Source of the DNA: Patescibacteria group bacterium
Lineage (GTDB): Bacteria > Patescibacteriota > Microgenomatia > UBA8517
Length of the DNA: 64,000 nt
Direction of reading: 5' to 3'
Assembly: GCA_022868165.1 (NCBI GenBank)
Contig: JALHYA010000001.1
Coordinates: 12,937 to 76,936, forward strand
Part shown: piece by piece, positions 43,317 to 54,500 of the stretch
Numbering within the stretch: the first letter of the stretch is position 1
Layout: the number at the start of each line of letters is the position of its first letter
The notes under the pieces: generated by a model
What the model saw: the letters and a program-made list of their open reading frames with translations, nothing else
Databases searched by the model: none
What the model was told of the DNA's origin: nothing
Translations under genes and position numbers: made by a program

Positions 43317-44384
43317 TTACTCCGCCAGCTTATTCTTGAAGTAATCGACCCAAGGTATCGGTGCGGGATTGATGCCGTATAAAATTGCCAAATAAAAGCT
43401 CACATAAGAAGAAAGAACGAGCATCTCGTAGACCTGCATAACCCTGCTTGTTCCCATAAGTTCAAAAATCTCTGCCGATATATCGTTTTTCTCAACAACT
43501 TCTTTTGTTAAAGCATATCTTTTCCCGATATTTTCCGGATAGAGCTTGCTCGTAAAGAAAATAAAGTGTAGCAACGGTTTCAAACTCCTTGGATTGGATA
43601 ATCCCTCCATCAGATGATGATTCAGCTCGGGAATGTCAAAATTAGTTGCAAATGTTTTGGAATTTTCGTTGAGCTGGTTTTTGAAAACGTGGGTGCTGCC
43701 TACGAGGTGTTCGCTAGCAACAAGAACGGGAGATTTCCCCAAAAGTCTTTCGGACAACTTTTTTGCCAGGTTTTCGCTGCTTCGAGATAAAACATCATAT
43801 TCTTTTACTAAACTACGCATCATATCTACTGATTTTTCGATTTCGTCTGCGTCTACAGTTATAAATCCGCACCTATGCATCAAATTCAAAATCGCCGTAA
43901 GAGAATACCCAAGCCCCATTCGGGGCTGTGCAGAAGGATTGTGGACGGGATTATAAATATATGCGGGAAGTTTTTCTTTTGAAGCAAAATCGGCCAGTTT
44001 TCCTCCGCTTGCAAGAATAAAACTGCATGCGTTTCTTTTCCTTGCTTCATTGGCGTTCTCAAGCGTTTCCTTGGTATTTCCCGAATAAGAAGAAAGAATC
44101 ACAAGAGTTTCCGGACCGACATAATCGGGAACGCTGTATCCGGTAAAAACTTCAATCGAGCCCCGTAGCGAATCGGTAAAAAGGCAGTCAACTATTCTTC
44201 CGCCAAGAGCCGAGCCTCCCATCCCGCAAATAACTACATTGCGGGTCCTTTTGTAATCTTCAGGAAGTTTTACTTTACTTATTTCTTCCCAACACTGCTT
44301 TACCTGCTCCGGCAAATCCCGTATTGAGCCCAAAATGTTCCCCTTATCCAGCTCTCTTACTTTATCTATCTCGTCTAAAATCAT
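43317..44384 (-). CDS. bifunctional phosphoglucose/phosphomannose isomerase (SIS domain, archaeal-type)
   Basis: VVICGMGGSALGGRIV ... SYSGNTKET pattern. Confidence 0.6.
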   Translation of the reverse strand: MILDEIDKVRELDKGNILGSIRDLPEQVKQCWEEISKVKLPEDYKRTRNVVICGMGGSALGGRIVDCLFTDSLRGSIEVFTGYSVPDYVGPETLVILSSYSGNTKETLENANEARKRNACSFILASGGKLADFASKEKLPAYIYNPVHNPSAQPRMGLGYSLTAILNLMHRCGFITVDADEIEKSVDMMRSLVKEYDVLSRSSENLAKKLSERLLGKSPVLVASEHLVGSTHVFKNQLNENSKTFATNFDIPELNHHLMEGLSNPRSLKPLLHFIFFTSKLYPENIGKRYALTKEVVEKNDISAEIFELMGTSRVMQVYEMLVLSSYVSFYLAILYGINPAPIPWVDYFKNKLAE

Positions 44385-45169
44385 TCTTTAACAAGTTTCA
44401 GGAGCGTATCAACTAATTCAAGTCCCCCCAAATGTTCGGAGCCTTCGGTTTGGAAATCCCCCCCAACCGATTTCGGGTCTGTAGTTACACCAATGCCAGC
44501 AGCATCAATCATATCTTTATCATTCGGGCCATTACCAATAGCAATAGTTTGGCTAAGATTAATTCCCAGTTGGTCCGCCAAGTGTTTTAACCCAGCGCCC
44601 TTATTCAATCTTTTCGGTGCAATGTCAAACGCTTCGCCGTTCCACCAGGTGTAAAATTCTCCCTCTGGATCGTGTTTTTTGACAATCTCGTAGACCTCGG
44701 GCATCTCGGCCCAAGCATGAAGTGTAATTAAAAATTGTTTCGGCTCAAAGGCCCTAAAATTCTTGCTTTTGCCCTCCAGACCCTTAAGGTCAACCACAAT
44801 TGCTGCCATTTTCGCAAGAGTTTTGTCGTCAAAATATTCATGCTGTAGGAGCTTGCCTGAAAGTAATGTAAAAATCCCATTTTCGCTGATTAGGGCGCAA
44901 TTTTCCCACAAGAGTTCAGCATAAACTTTAGTTAAATAAAGCGAGCTTCTACCGCTAGATACTGCTATGAAAAAATATTTCTTGAGTTCAATCAGCTTAT
45001 CTCTCATCTCATCCGAAAGGTTCGAAGTTTTGACCGTCAGAGTAGTATTTTCAGGAGTTTTAACCTCGCTAATGTCCGTTCCTTTTTTTATGGTAACGCC
45101 GTCAACATCGAAACAAACAAGTTTAATCTCCCTGATATCGCCTTTTGTAAGTTCAGACAGTTTTCTCAC
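44381..45169 (-). CDS. HAD-superfamily (Cof-like) hydrolase
   Basis: LVCFDVDGV motif I and GNGPNDKDM motif IV. Confidence 0.6.
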   Translation of the reverse strand: MRKLSELTKGDIREIKLVCFDVDGVTIKKGTDISEVKTPENTTLTVKTSNLSDEMRDKLIELKKYFFIAVSSGRSSLYLTKVYAELLWENCALISENGIFTLLSGKLLQHEYFDDKTLAKMAAIVVDLKGLEGKSKNFRAFEPKQFLITLHAWAEMPEVYEIVKKHDPEGEFYTWWNGEAFDIAPKRLNKGAGLKHLADQLGINLSQTIAIGNGPNDKDMIDAAGIGVTTDPKSVGGDFQTEGSEHLGGLELVDTLLKLVKE

Positions 45170-45173
45170 ATAA

Positions 45174-45851
45174 TCATTCTAGTTTGGTAAGTATAATAAG
45201 GTCAAGAAGCGTGGTGATATTCGCATCGCCGGTTTTTGCCCGAACATCGGCTTCAGACATTTGTGCAATTAGCTTTTCCAATTTGTCACCCGTGAATTTT
45301 GCCGCTTGGGACTTCAAAATATTTTTTCTCCAGGATGGATAATCCAAACTATTCGGAGCACGTTTAATCCAGTAAAGCTCTTTTAGTCTTTTTGCAATAA
45401 GATTAAATAAAAGTTCGGGCGGCTCTGTACTCAGAAGTTTATGAAAAAAAGTTATTGTGGATTTTGAATTTCCTGGATAAATTCCGTCCAAAAATTTAAA
45501 TATTATTTTGGGAAGCTTGAACTCTTCGAACTTTGTATCTTTGGACAGGAAATTTTTCGTCGGTATGGGAATAAAATCTTCAAAATAAATTGCAAGGTTG
45601 CCTTCGAATTTTTTGGCATTTATTTTCAGCCATTCAAGGTCCTTTTTGGGAATCGTCTTGCCGCTTTCTACAACAAACAATCTTTTCTCGGTGAAAAGAC
45701 TCACAGACGATAAAAGTTCGGAGAGTAAAAGCTTTTGGGTGGCATCAAACTTTAATATTTCCCAACTTCTTACCTTTGCCACCTCAATGATTTTTTTAAG
45801 TCTGGCCCAGCTTTTTTCACTGTCGTCTCCATGTATAACAACAATTTTCAT
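45174..45851 (-). CDS. holA: DNA polymerase III delta subunit (HolA-like)
   Basis: N-terminal IVVIHGDD..., 225 aa. Family call is tentative. Confidence 0.45.
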   Translation of the reverse strand: MKIVVIHGDDSEKSWARLKKIIEVAKVRSWEILKFDATQKLLLSELLSSVSLFTEKRLFVVESGKTIPKKDLEWLKINAKKFEGNLAIYFEDFIPIPTKNFLSKDTKFEEFKLPKIIFKFLDGIYPGNSKSTITFFHKLLSTEPPELLFNLIAKRLKELYWIKRAPNSLDYPSWRKNILKSQAAKFTGDKLEKLIAQMSEADVRAKTGDANITTLLDLIILTKLE

Positions 45852-45865
45852 TTCATTAGTACCTT

Positions 45866-46282
45866 TTAGGCGTTTTTGCGATACTTTTCAAGAAGAATCG
45901 ACACCCTCCTGTGGAAGCTTGATTTTCCGCGTCTTGTATGCGGCATAAGACTCCCGGAAAAATTGTGGGGAATATGGTTTAATTCGTGAATCAAAACACT
46001 ATCTTTTTCGTGTTCGGAAAGCCCATCATATCTTTCCGAAATAACTTCTACCACATACGAAGGACCAATCATAAGTGCCTGTTGCCAGATTCTGGATAGA
46101 CCCCAAATTCTGGCTATTGCACGAGTATTTGCGTTTATCGACCTGAAGCAGAAAATATTGTCTTTCTTTAGCCAGTCCAAACCAAGAAGAGATGCAAGCT
46201 TAACTATCTTTTTATGAATGTCGGGCGCGTTCGACCATTCGATTCGTCCTCGCCTTTTACGAAACTTTGTAAACCTCCGCAC
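45866..46282 (-). CDS. HExxH zinc-metallopeptidase-like protein (SprT/DUF45-like)
   Basis: HELNHIPH motif. Confidence 0.4.
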   Translation of the reverse strand: MRRFTKFRKRRGRIEWSNAPDIHKKIVKLASLLGLDWLKKDNIFCFRSINANTRAIARIWGLSRIWQQALMIGPSYVVEVISERYDGLSEHEKDSVLIHELNHIPHNFSGSLMPHTRRGKSSFHRRVSILLEKYRKNA

Positions 46283-46511
46283 CTTCTTTTACCTCCGAGC
46301 TAACTTTTAATCCTACCACTTCGCCCTTGCCTGCGGAATCTTTCTTTTCGTGCTCCACTTGGATAGATTCTACCGGTTGTTCAAACAAATCTTCCCCGCC
46401 CCTGCTAAACTTAATCTTGTCTCCGACAGCCAGCGCTCCGCTTAGTTCAACAACCGCTACCCCGATTTTGTCGTAATAATGCGTAACCTTGCCGATTTTG
46501 AAATCTGCCAT
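46257..46511 (-). CDS. small conserved hypothetical protein (beta-barrel-like)
   Basis: 84 aa, MADFKIGKVTHYYDKIGVAVVEL. Confidence 0.4.
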   Translation of the reverse strand: MADFKIGKVTHYYDKIGVAVVELSGALAVGDKIKFSRGGEDLFEQPVESIQVEHEKKDSAGKGEVVGLKVSSEVKEGAEVYKVS

Positions 46512-47009
46512 CTATCTCACCCCCTTTACACTGTAAGCATGACATAAAGCGACCGCCAATGCATCTGCCGCATTATCAAAATGAGTTTTTTTGTGCGCCT
46601 TGCTCCTTATGGCATTTCCCAAAATTTTTCTAACCGCCTTCTGCATCATTTTTTTATCCGCGCGTCCGTCTCCACCTACCATCTTCTTAATCGTTCCAGG
46701 AGCATATTCAAAAACATCGACTTTTTGCTTTGCCGCAGAAAAAATCAGAACTCCTTTTGCCTCGCCTACACTCATTGCGGTCTTTGCGTTCGCGGCAAAA
46801 AAAAGTCGTTCGATTGCTACAACATCGGGATTATGTTTTTTGAGAAGAAAAGTCATCTGTTTGTGAATACTTATAAGTCTCTTTCCCGGATTTCCGTTTC
46901 TTTCGGTTTCAATAAGGCCATACTCTACGGCTTCAAATTTTTTTAGGGAAACCTTAAGAAGCCCATACCCTGTTGTGGCCGTTCCGGGATCAATGCCTAA
47001 AATAAGCAT
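46512..47009 (-). CDS. ruvC: Holliday junction resolvase RuvC
   Basis: MLILGIDPGTATTGYG matches RuvC. The track ORF starts at a TTG (47027), and the ATG is at 47007-47009 with TATAAT 6 nt upstream (leaderless). Confidence 0.8.
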   Translation of the reverse strand: MLILGIDPGTATTGYGLLKVSLKKFEAVEYGLIETERNGNPGKRLISIHKQMTFLLKKHNPDVVAIERLFFAANAKTAMSVGEAKGVLIFSAAKQKVDVFEYAPGTIKKMVGGDGRADKKMMQKAVRKILGNAIRSKAHKKTHFDNAADALAVALCHAYSVKGVR

Positions 47010-47033
47010 AGGCTGATTATACAACAAGCGCTA

Positions 47034-47249
47034 TCACTTTTTGACCTTTTTCTGGAAAAACGCCAGATAGACTATTTCCAAAAGTCCGACTGTATTAACT
47101 ATCAATAGCGCCACAAACCAATACCTTTGATTATTTCTGGCTGACTTCCAAAGAGCCAAACCCTTCCAGATTAAAGACCAAACCAAGGCAACAATAAGAA
47201 GAAAGCTGGGAAAATTGGCGGCCGGTCCGTAAAGAAGTGTTTTCAACAT
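47034..47249 (-). CDS. small membrane protein
   Basis: Start at Met25 (MLKTLLYG) preceded by RBS GGGAGGTG. Two TM helices. Confidence 0.45.
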   Translation of the reverse strand: MLKTLLYGPAANFPSFLLIVALVWSLIWKGLALWKSARNNQRYWFVALLIVNTVGLLEIVYLAFFQKKVKK

Positions 47250-47289
47250 TATTATCACCTCCCTCATGTTTTTATGATACAACAAAAAG

Positions 47290-47549
47290 AGCAGGCGCTG
47301 CGAGAAAACTAGTGAGGACAATCCTCAGCTACAAGCAGCAACCTGCCCCGAGTATTTATGCCGACGGCACAACCTGTGGAGACAACCCGCCTCGCAGAAT
47401 GAGGTAAGTTGTGCAACCCATGCACCGCCGGCAGGAAACCGCCTAGGACGCGCGCTGCCATGAACAGCTGTCACCGAAACACCGAGAGGGGCGGCGTTTC
47501 GGCCAAGTGTCCTAGACGGTCGCCGTTCCGGCAGGATGCCGGAACAGCT
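47290..47549 (-). ncRNA. GC-rich structured RNA-like region downstream of the atypical tRNA-like gene; unclassified
   Basis: By eye about 60% GC versus low-to-mid 40s elsewhere. On the minus strand there is a perfect 8-bp hairpin TTCCGGCA-TCC-TGCCGGAA and a 7-bp hairpin CCGAAAC...GTTTCGG. It ends with two hairpin+T-run elements at about 47290-47330. Track ORFs 47325-47621 and 47409-47666 lie on opposite strands with no RBS. I found no match to RNase P, SRP or tmRNA motifs. Confidence 0.35.
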
Positions 47550-47636
47550 ATGCTGACGCCAGGATTTGAACCTGGAACCTTCCGGGTGCGCACCGAGCGA
47601 GTTACCCGAACGCTCTTCCAATTGAGCTACGTCAGC
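47550..47636 (-). tRNA. atypical 87-nt tRNA-like gene (anticodon arm non-canonical; identity unresolved)
   Basis: Canonical acceptor GCTGACG/CGTCAGC, D-arm TAGCTCAATTGGAAGAGC and T-arm CCAGGTTCAAATCCTGG. The 36 nt between is GTTCGGGTAACTCGCTCGGTGCGCACCCGGAAGGTT, which has no standard 5-bp/7-nt anticodon arm; best alternative folds are given in the corresponding finding. TTGACA-17-TATATT promoter upstream. Confidence 0.4.
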
Positions 47637-47706
47637 GTCTTACAAAGTGCAACGAACAGAATTTGAAATATACTTTAGTCTTACTATCATGTCAATTCTC
47701 AACTTT

Positions 47707-48333
47707 TTAGTAGTTTATGAAATAATTTATCTTTGCTTTTGATTTGAGGTCTTGAATCCAAATCATATATGCATCGCGAAGTTTTTGCTGCTTGAGCTGG
47801 CCAATTATTTGGTCTTTGACGTCGGCAAGTTTTGCATTTTTATCAAACACGTCTTTGTTTTTCGTAAAGTAATCCTGAATTTCTGCGTCTGTCACTGTCA
47901 GTTTGTCTGCCAATAATTTTTCCAACATCATTTGAATCTTAATTTGGTCTCTCCAGTCTGCCATTGTGAGCCCCTGAGAGGTAAGCGCATCCTGCAAATT
48001 GGTACCCTGCTCCTTCAGAAGGCCCTCGACTCGGGTAACTTCGTTATCTACGTCAGCGGTTGGTATAACTATGTTTTTCTTGAAGGCCTCTTGCAAAATA
48101 AGTTGGTTGGAAACCAAACTGTCCAGAGCAGTTTTCCCAGACTGTTTTTCAAGTTCGCTAATCACTTGGACACGAAAAACAGGGCGACCGTTAACCAAAG
48201 CGGCTACAAAGAGGGACCGAAAGATAAATGCCAGGCCCAAAATTCCAAGGACTACAATCAAAATAATCCCCCAGCGGGGGAGTCTCAAAAATTTTAATTC
48301 CGAGACTTTTATTTTTGGAAATTTTAATTTCAT
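47707..48333 (-). CDS. membrane-anchored SurA-N/PpiD-like chaperone domain protein
   Basis: N-terminal TM helix followed by a SurA_N-like helical domain (QLILQEAFKKNIVI...). Confidence 0.5.
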   Translation of the reverse strand: MKLKFPKIKVSELKFLRLPRWGIILIVVLGILGLAFIFRSLFVAALVNGRPVFRVQVISELEKQSGKTALDSLVSNQLILQEAFKKNIVIPTADVDNEVTRVEGLLKEQGTNLQDALTSQGLTMADWRDQIKIQMMLEKLLADKLTVTDAEIQDYFTKNKDVFDKNAKLADVKDQIIGQLKQQKLRDAYMIWIQDLKSKAKINYFINY

Positions 48334-48348
48334 ACTTCTCCGATGATA

Positions 48349-48930
48349 TCAGTCAACCGTTAACATAGCAATATTAAAGGCTTCCCCATGACCGGGATAA
48401 ATAACTGTGGACGAAGGAAGTTTCTTAATTTTCTTTAGAGATTTTACTAGAGTTTTCTTGTCGGAATAATCAAAATCCGTCCTACCGAATGTCCCATCTG
48501 CAAAGTAGATGTCCCCCACCACTACAAATTTTGAGGATGTGCAATACAGAGAGATGCTGCCTGGAGTATGTCCCGGAGTTTCGATTATTTTTATTTTGCC
48601 TTTGCCAATCACTAGTGAATCTCCGTCAGATATGTCAGTTGCGATTTTGGGAGAAGGACGAAATCTTCTAAAAAGGAATTCATCGCCCTTGTTAATTAAT
48701 ACCGGAACATTATAAGCAAGAGATAGTTCCAACACTGCATCCGTATGGTCCCAATGTCCATGGGTCAAAATTATTTTTATCGGATTAATAGATAAATCGG
48801 CGACAACTACCTCGATATAATCGGCGCTATCCCCAGGGTCTACCAAGATTGCATCCTTTGTCTTTTCGTCCCAAATCAAGTAGCAATTTGTTGCCGATTC
48901 CCCTACTTTAATCGAATGAATTTTTAGCAT
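48349..48930 (-). CDS. MBL-fold metallo-hydrolase (glyoxalase II-like)
   Basis: THGHWDH motif. Confidence 0.7.
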   Translation of the reverse strand: MLKIHSIKVGESATNCYLIWDEKTKDAILVDPGDSADYIEVVVADLSINPIKIILTHGHWDHTDAVLELSLAYNVPVLINKGDEFLFRRFRPSPKIATDISDGDSLVIGKGKIKIIETPGHTPGSISLYCTSSKFVVVGDIYFADGTFGRTDFDYSDKKTLVKSLKKIKKLPSSTVIYPGHGEAFNIAMLTVD

Positions 48931-49307
48931 ACGGTGACTACTTTTGAGGATACTGCCTTTCCGTTTTCAACTTCAAGTCCTACAACTTGGATTAAAAGTT
49001 TTTTTGGAAGTTCGGGATGAATAAGAGAATAATACTCGGCGGTTTTGGTTATCTTTCTGATTTTCCAGGGAGTCACGGCTTCAAATGGATTTCCAAATCT
49101 TTTGCTAAAACGTGTCTTAACCTCAATAAAAATAAGACAATTATCTTTCAAAGATACTATATCGATTTCTCCAAACCGGCTCCTGAAATTCCTGTCAATA
49201 ATTTTATATCCCTGTTGTAATAAAAACCTGACAGCGAAGTCCTCACCCGATTTCCCTAGAGGACTATTTCCTTTTCTTGAAGACTTTTCTTTTCTTTGGG
49301 ACGGCAA
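48924..49307 (-). CDS. yraN: YraN-family (UPF0102) endonuclease
   Basis: [31 protein letters not shown]...EVK. The track start overlaps rplS, so the real start is probably downstream. Confidence 0.6.
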   Translation of the reverse strand: MPSQRKEKSSRKGNSPLGKSGEDFAVRFLLQQGYKIIDRNFRSRFGEIDIVSLKDNCLIFIEVKTRFSKRFGNPFEAVTPWKIRKITKTAEYYSLIHPELPKKLLIQVVGLEVENGKAVSSKVVTVC

Positions 49308-49653
49308 CTTGCCCCTTTCTGGCTGCCCTTGTATAAATTTCCTCTATTTCTTTGGCGCTTTTTCCCCGCGTGTAATAGAGTTTTGCATGTCTGACCCCGC
49401 TCGTTCCTTTTTTTACAACTTCAATTTTTTCCAATGTTGGAGAAGATAACGGAAATATCCGCTCTATTCCTATATTTTGTTCTCCGATTCGGCGGACGGT
49501 TGCGCTCTTGCCTTCGCCGGAGCCGTGTATAGAAATTACCATTCCCTCAAAGACGACCGATCTCTCTTTGCCGCCTTCCTCAATTTTCTGAGTTACGCGA
49601 ACTTTGTCGCCTACTCCAAAAGGAGCTTCTTTATGTACAAATGTTAATGCCAT
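49264..49653 (-). CDS. rplS: 50S ribosomal protein L19
   Basis: [30 protein letters not shown]...[12 protein letters not shown]...[10 protein letters not shown]. Confidence 0.85.
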   Translation of the reverse strand: MALTFVHKEAPFGVGDKVRVTQKIEEGGKERSVVFEGMVISIHGSGEGKSATVRRIGEQNIGIERIFPLSSPTLEKIEVVKKGTSGVRHAKLYYTRGKSAKEIEEIYTRAARKGQVAVPKKRKVFKKRK

Positions 49654-49689
49654 GATAATGGGATATTTTACAATATAAAACTCAAGCTC

Positions 49690-52600
49690 TCAAGACTTGT
49701 TATAAGAGTGGAAAATTTCGGATATTTTGCGGGCCAATTCTTCGTTCCAAGCAATCCTTTGCCCAAGCGTGATTTTACCCTTTTTACCTTCGAAGACTAA
49801 AGTTACACTTTGCCCTCCCGGGTTATCGGTTACCAATTTTTTAAGTGCCGAAAGTTCCGGCGCCCTTGCTGTTTTGGGAACCTTTACATAGACCGTGTGA
49901 TCCCCGAAACTGTCGGTCTCACCCACCAAATCCGTCTGAATAGCCTCCACAAGAAGCGAGGGAGTATCTTCGCGGGAATCAACACGCCCGGCAATAAGAA
50001 GAGGTTTATAATCTACCCAGACATTCCTGGTTGCCTTGAATATTTTGGGGAAAACGACCAGCTCGATTGAACCGGTTCCGTCGTCAACTTTAACAAATGC
50101 CATTTCCGCGCCGCTGGTTTTGGTCACTACTACCCTCACTTCCGTAACTACGGCGGCTATTTTAACTTTCGTTCCGCTCTCCTGCTCGCCTATCTCGAAA
50201 ATTTTATGGGTTGCTTCCGATTCCAAGGGTCCAATAAGCTCTATAATGGGCTTGGCGGATAATGAAAAGCCCAAAAGCTGACGCTCCAAGCTTTGAAGTT
50301 CCTCTTGGGTAAATTCGGGAACAGCCAAATTCTGCTCAAATGTTACTACCTCTTTGGGGTCCTTTTCTTTTTCCTCACCAAAAAGGCCCTGCTGACCTTG
50401 CATAGCTTTGGGCTTTACAACCTTGCTCCTAATCTCCTCCATTGACGCCAATAAAGCAGCCCTTGTTCCATAGGCCGAAAGGCCGCCGACTTTGATTAAA
50501 CTTTCCACGACCTTTTTATTTACCCTTCGGCTGTCAACCCTGGCCAGGAAATCTCCGAAGGAAACAAATTTTCTCTCTTCCCTTGCTTCCAAAATCGCTT
50601 CTATTGCCGCTTCGCCAACATTTTTTATGGCACTTAGCCCAAACCTTATGGCACGCCGTTCAAGGGAATCTTTGTCGGGAACAATGGTAAAACCTATATT
50701 GCTCTCGTTGATATCGGGCGGAAGAACCTTAATCTTCATTCTCCGGCATTCGTTAACCGCCGCCGATATCTTTTCTGTGTCGTTTGACTCCGCAGTAAGA
50801 AGCGCATTCATAAACTCCACAGGATAATTGGCTTTCATATATGCAGTCTGATAAGCAACCATCCCGTAGGATGTGGCGTGGGCCTTATTAAATCCATAAC
50901 CCGAAAACGGCTCAATTAGCTTAAAAAGCTCTTCGGCTTTGGGTCTTTCCATACCGTTTGCAACTGCTCCGTCTATAAATTTCTGTTTTTGCTTTTCCAT
51001 CTCGGAAGGAATTTTCTTTCCAACCGCTTTTCTGAATTTATCCGCCTCTTCCCAGGAATATCCGGCAATCTTTATGGCGGTCATTAAAACATCATCCTGA
51101 TAAACAATCAAGCCGTAGGTCTTATTAAGATATTCCTTCATTCTCGGGTCGAAGTAATTGACTTCCGAAGGATGATTTTTTCTTTCGATGTATAAGGGAA
51201 TTTGAGACATCGGCCCGGGACGATATAAGGCAACCATGGCCATTAAATCCTCGATACGGGTAGGCTTAAGTTCTTTCAAATATCTCGTCATTCCGTTTCC
51301 GGAAAGCTGAAAAACCCCCATCGTGTCTACTTTGGAAAGCATTTCAAAAGTCTTCCCGTCGCCCAATGGAAGATCTTGAATATTGATATCGATTCCTCTG
51401 GCTTCTTTAACGATTTGTATGGCAGCTCCGAGAATCGAAAGATTTCTTAGCCCCAGCAAATCAAATTTAAGAAGCCCCACGGCTTCTCCGGGTGAAACGT
51501 TCGGGTCCAGTGCATCCATATCGTATTGGGTAATTATCTTTTTGCCTTCGGGGTCAAATTGAATGGGCGTAAAGTCGGTAATTTCGGATGGGGCGATAAC
51601 AAGACCCGCTGCGTGAACGGAAATATGTCGTGCATTACCTTCAACCTCTTTTGATAAATCGATAATTTTTTTGGCGTCAGCATCGGAATCGTATAAAAGC
51701 TTTAAGTCATTCGACACGGCCAAAGCTTTTTCGATAGTCATAGGAAAGCCTTGCGAACCGATAGGAATAAGTTTTGAGATTCTGTCTCCTGTCGCGTATG
51801 GATAGCCCAGAACCCTGGCAATATCCCTGACCGAGCCCCTGGCCAGCATTCTTCCGAAAGTACAGATTTGTGCAACCTTCTCGTGCCCGTATTTTTCTCC
51901 CATGTAGTTGATAATTTCTTCCCTTCTATCGTCCGCTATGTCAAAGTCGATATCGGGGGGCGAAGGTCGCCAAGGAGTTAAAAAACGCTCAAAAGGAAGC
52001 CCGTACTTCAGAGGATTAACGTTCACTATTCCCAAACAATACGAAACAAGAGAGCCCGCAGCACTTCCTCTGGTATTGGTGACTATGCCCTGTTCGGTAG
52101 CCCATCTGGCCATGTCGGAAACTATCAAAAAGTATGTGGCATAACCTTTTTTCTTAATAATTTCAAGTTCATAATCAAGTCTTTGCGTAAGTTCCTTCGT
52201 AACATTGTCGAATCTTTCCTTAATGCCCGCCTTTGCCCTTTCCACCATTTCCTGGTCTGCGGTTTTGCCTTTCTCGAGAGGATAAATGGGGAAAAACCAT
52301 TTATCCAAGGTCAAGTTGACATCGCATTTTTCCGAAATTTTGACCGTATTTTCTATTGCGTCGGGCAAATCACGGAAAAGTTCAGACATCTCCTGCGGGG
52401 AGTTTATGTAATAGGAAGGTGCGTCGATAAATCTTAAGCGTTTCACTTCTGAAACATTCTTGCCGGTTGCAATACAAACAAGGGCGTCTTGGGCCGTGGC
52501 ATCCTCTTTTCTTATATAGTGGGCGTCGTTGGTTGCAACAATCGGAATTCCCAACTCCCTTGAAATTTTGACTACCCCTTTAATAATTTTCTCCTCATTG

Positions 52601-53202
52601 TCTGACATTTCGACAAGCTCCTGTTTAATTTCCTGGTTTGAGGCTGTCGAAATATAGTCCTTGTATTTATGCCTTTGGACCTCGAGATAATAATCCTTGC
52701 CGAATACATCAGAAAACCACATGGCTACTTCTTTGGCTTTGTCATAATCGTTTACGATAAGGGCTTGGGCCAGTTCTCCTTGGGGGCATGCGGATGTGCA
52801 GAGAAGTCCTTTAGAGTACTTCCGCAAAGTTTCCCTGTCCACCCTGGGGCGATAGTAATAACCTTCTATATGTGCGATTGATGTAAGCTTCATCAAATTT
52901 TTGTATCCCTCTTTGTCTTTAGCAAGAAGTAGGAGGTGGAAATTCTGGAACTTCCCGCGCTCGGGGCGCTCTTTGTGATTTATATTTGTGGTATATCCTT
53001 CCATTCCCAGAATAGGTTTTACTCCCTCCCTTAAGGCTTTTTTGTAAAACTCGATAATTCCATACATTACTCCATGGTCGGTTGCCGCAATCGTCTCCAT
53101 TCCCAACTCTTTTACGTGTCCCATCAGGGTGCTTATTTTGGAAAGACCGTCCAAAAGCGAATATTCTGTATGAACATGAAGATGCACAAACTTTTGTTTC
53201 AT
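49690..53202 (-). CDS. dnaE: DNA polymerase III alpha subunit
   Basis: N-terminal PHP domain ([14 protein letters not shown]), polymerase core, OB fold. 1170 aa. Confidence 0.9.
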   Translation of the reverse strand: MKQKFVHLHVHTEYSLLDGLSKISTLMGHVKELGMETIAATDHGVMYGIIEFYKKALREGVKPILGMEGYTTNINHKERPERGKFQNFHLLLLAKDKEGYKNLMKLTSIAHIEGYYYRPRVDRETLRKYSKGLLCTSACPQGELAQALIVNDYDKAKEVAMWFSDVFGKDYYLEVQRHKYKDYISTASNQEIKQELVEMSDNEEKIIKGVVKISRELGIPIVATNDAHYIRKEDATAQDALVCIATGKNVSEVKRLRFIDAPSYYINSPQEMSELFRDLPDAIENTVKISEKCDVNLTLDKWFFPIYPLEKGKTADQEMVERAKAGIKERFDNVTKELTQRLDYELEIIKKKGYATYFLIVSDMARWATEQGIVTNTRGSAAGSLVSYCLGIVNVNPLKYGLPFERFLTPWRPSPPDIDFDIADDRREEIINYMGEKYGHEKVAQICTFGRMLARGSVRDIARVLGYPYATGDRISKLIPIGSQGFPMTIEKALAVSNDLKLLYDSDADAKKIIDLSKEVEGNARHISVHAAGLVIAPSEITDFTPIQFDPEGKKIITQYDMDALDPNVSPGEAVGLLKFDLLGLRNLSILGAAIQIVKEARGIDINIQDLPLGDGKTFEMLSKVDTMGVFQLSGNGMTRYLKELKPTRIEDLMAMVALYRPGPMSQIPLYIERKNHPSEVNYFDPRMKEYLNKTYGLIVYQDDVLMTAIKIAGYSWEEADKFRKAVGKKIPSEMEKQKQKFIDGAVANGMERPKAEELFKLIEPFSGYGFNKAHATSYGMVAYQTAYMKANYPVEFMNALLTAESNDTEKISAAVNECRRMKIKVLPPDINESNIGFTIVPDKDSLERRAIRFGLSAIKNVGEAAIEAILEAREERKFVSFGDFLARVDSRRVNKKVVESLIKVGGLSAYGTRAALLASMEEIRSKVVKPKAMQGQQGLFGEEKEKDPKEVVTFEQNLAVPEFTQEELQSLERQLLGFSLSAKPIIELIGPLESEATHKIFEIGEQESGTKVKIAAVVTEVRVVVTKTSGAEMAFVKVDDGTGSIELVVFPKIFKATRNVWVDYKPLLIAGRVDSREDTPSLLVEAIQTDLVGETDSFGDHTVYVKVPKTARAPELSALKKLVTDNPGGQSVTLVFEGKKGKITLGQRIAWNEELARKISEIFHSYNKS

Positions 53203-54500
53203 CTAAGTTCTTCCTCAAGAATTTGGCTGATAGCTCTAGGGTTTCCTTTACCTTTCAATTTTTTCTGTACCATACCAATAAGATATCCTATCACTTGTCC
53301 CTTGCCTTTTCTGTAATCTTCAACCGCGCTCTTCTCTTGGCTTACTACGGCTTTTGCGGCATCTTTCACCTGACTTACGCCGGCAAATTCTTTGGTCGTC
53401 AACTCCACAACCTTTGCAACCAGCCCGGCCGGTTCGGGGAAATCCCTGTCGAACTTTTTATTCACTATTAAATCGGCAATCGCCGAAGCAGATATCCTGT
53501 ACCGGCTTCCCAGCTCTACAGCTTTATCAAAATAATCGGCCGTTTGCCCCGACGATGCCAAGATAAAAGCGAATTCCGGTTTTATGCCGAAATCTTTAAT
53601 GAATCTTTCTCTTTTTTGGGCCGGAAGTTCGGGAGTATCAAGTTTAATCTTTTCGATTTCGTCCTTGGTAAAGCTCATCGGGGGGATATCCGGTTCCGGA
53701 AAATATCGATAATCTTTTGCTTCTTCCTTGCTCCGCTGCGATACGGTAGAGCCGATTTTTTCGCTATAACCCCTCGTTTCCTGTTCTATCTTTTTTCCTT
53801 TGGACAAAAGCTGTTTCTGCCTCTCGATTTCGGAATTTATTGCTTTCGATAAAAATCTGAACGAGTTGATGTTTTTGAGTTCCACTTTGTAGTCCGGCAA
53901 TTCCTTGGATGTCGAAACCGAGATATTTGCCTCTAGGCGCATTGAGCCCTTTTCCATATCGGCACTCGAGATTTCCAGATATCTAACGACAGTCTGAACT
54001 TCTTTCAAAAACTCGATAACCGTTTCCGCGTCCTTAAAATCCGGCTCCGTTACCAGCTCAACCAGAGGAACACCACTTCGATTGAAATCCACCAAGGAGA
54101 CGTCTTGCCCGTCAACTACTTCATGTATCATCTTGGCAGTATCTTCCTCAAGATGAATTCTTCTAACACGGACGCTGTTCCACTTACCCTTGGTGCATAA
54201 AGGCAAATCGTACTGGCTAATCTGATAGGCCTTTGGCAAGTCGGGATAAAAATAATGTTTTCTGTCGAACTTTGAAAATTCGGAAATCGTGCAGCCAAAA
54301 GCCAATCCCAGTTTAACCGTATCCAAAATCGCTTCTCTGTTTGCGTACGGCAATGCGCCGGGAAGACCCAGACAAACCGGACAAACTTGAGTGTTTGGCT
54401 TCTTTGCAAAATGGTCCGAAGCACATCTGCAAAACATTTTGGACTTCGTGTTGAGCTCGATATGAACTTCCAAACCAATTATGGGGTTTAAGTTTTTCAT
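53199..54500 (-). CDS. gatB: Asp/Glu-tRNA amidotransferase subunit B
   Basis: [20 protein letters not shown]... N-terminus of GatB. Confidence 0.85.
   Translation of the reverse strand: MKNLNPIIGLEVHIELNTKSKMFCRCASDHFAKKPNTQVCPVCLGLPGALPYANREAILDTVKLGLAFGCTISEFSKFDRKHYFYPDLPKAYQISQYDLPLCTKGKWNSVRVRRIHLEEDTAKMIHEVVDGQDVSLVDFNRSGVPLVELVTEPDFKDAETVIEFLKEVQTVVRYLEISSADMEKGSMRLEANISVSTSKELPDYKVELKNINSFRFLSKAINSEIERQKQLLSKGKKIEQETRGYSEKIGSTVSQRSKEEAKDYRYFPEPDIPPMSFTKDEIEKIKLDTPELPAQKRERFIKDFGIKPEFAFILASSGQTADYFDKAVELGSRYRISASAIADLIVNKKFDRDFPEPAGLVAKVVELTTKEFAGVSQVKDAAKAVVSQEKSAVEDYRKGKGQVIGYLIGMVQKKLKGKGNPRAISQILEEELR

Noticed and set aside
47290-47549. Assigning the GC-rich block to tmRNA, RNase P RNA or SRP RNA
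   Set aside because: By eye I found no tag-peptide reading frame ending in AA-stop, no P4 motifs (AGGAAAGUCCGGGCUCC / ACAGAACCCGGCUUA) and no SRP GGAAGCAGCC core. Left unclassified rather than forced.
47325-47666. ORFs 47325-47621(-) and 47409-47666(+) as protein-coding genes
   Set aside because: They overlap the tRNA-like gene and lie on opposite strands of the same GC-rich structured block. No RBS, Arg/Gly/Pro-rich junk composition. Interpreted as RNA.
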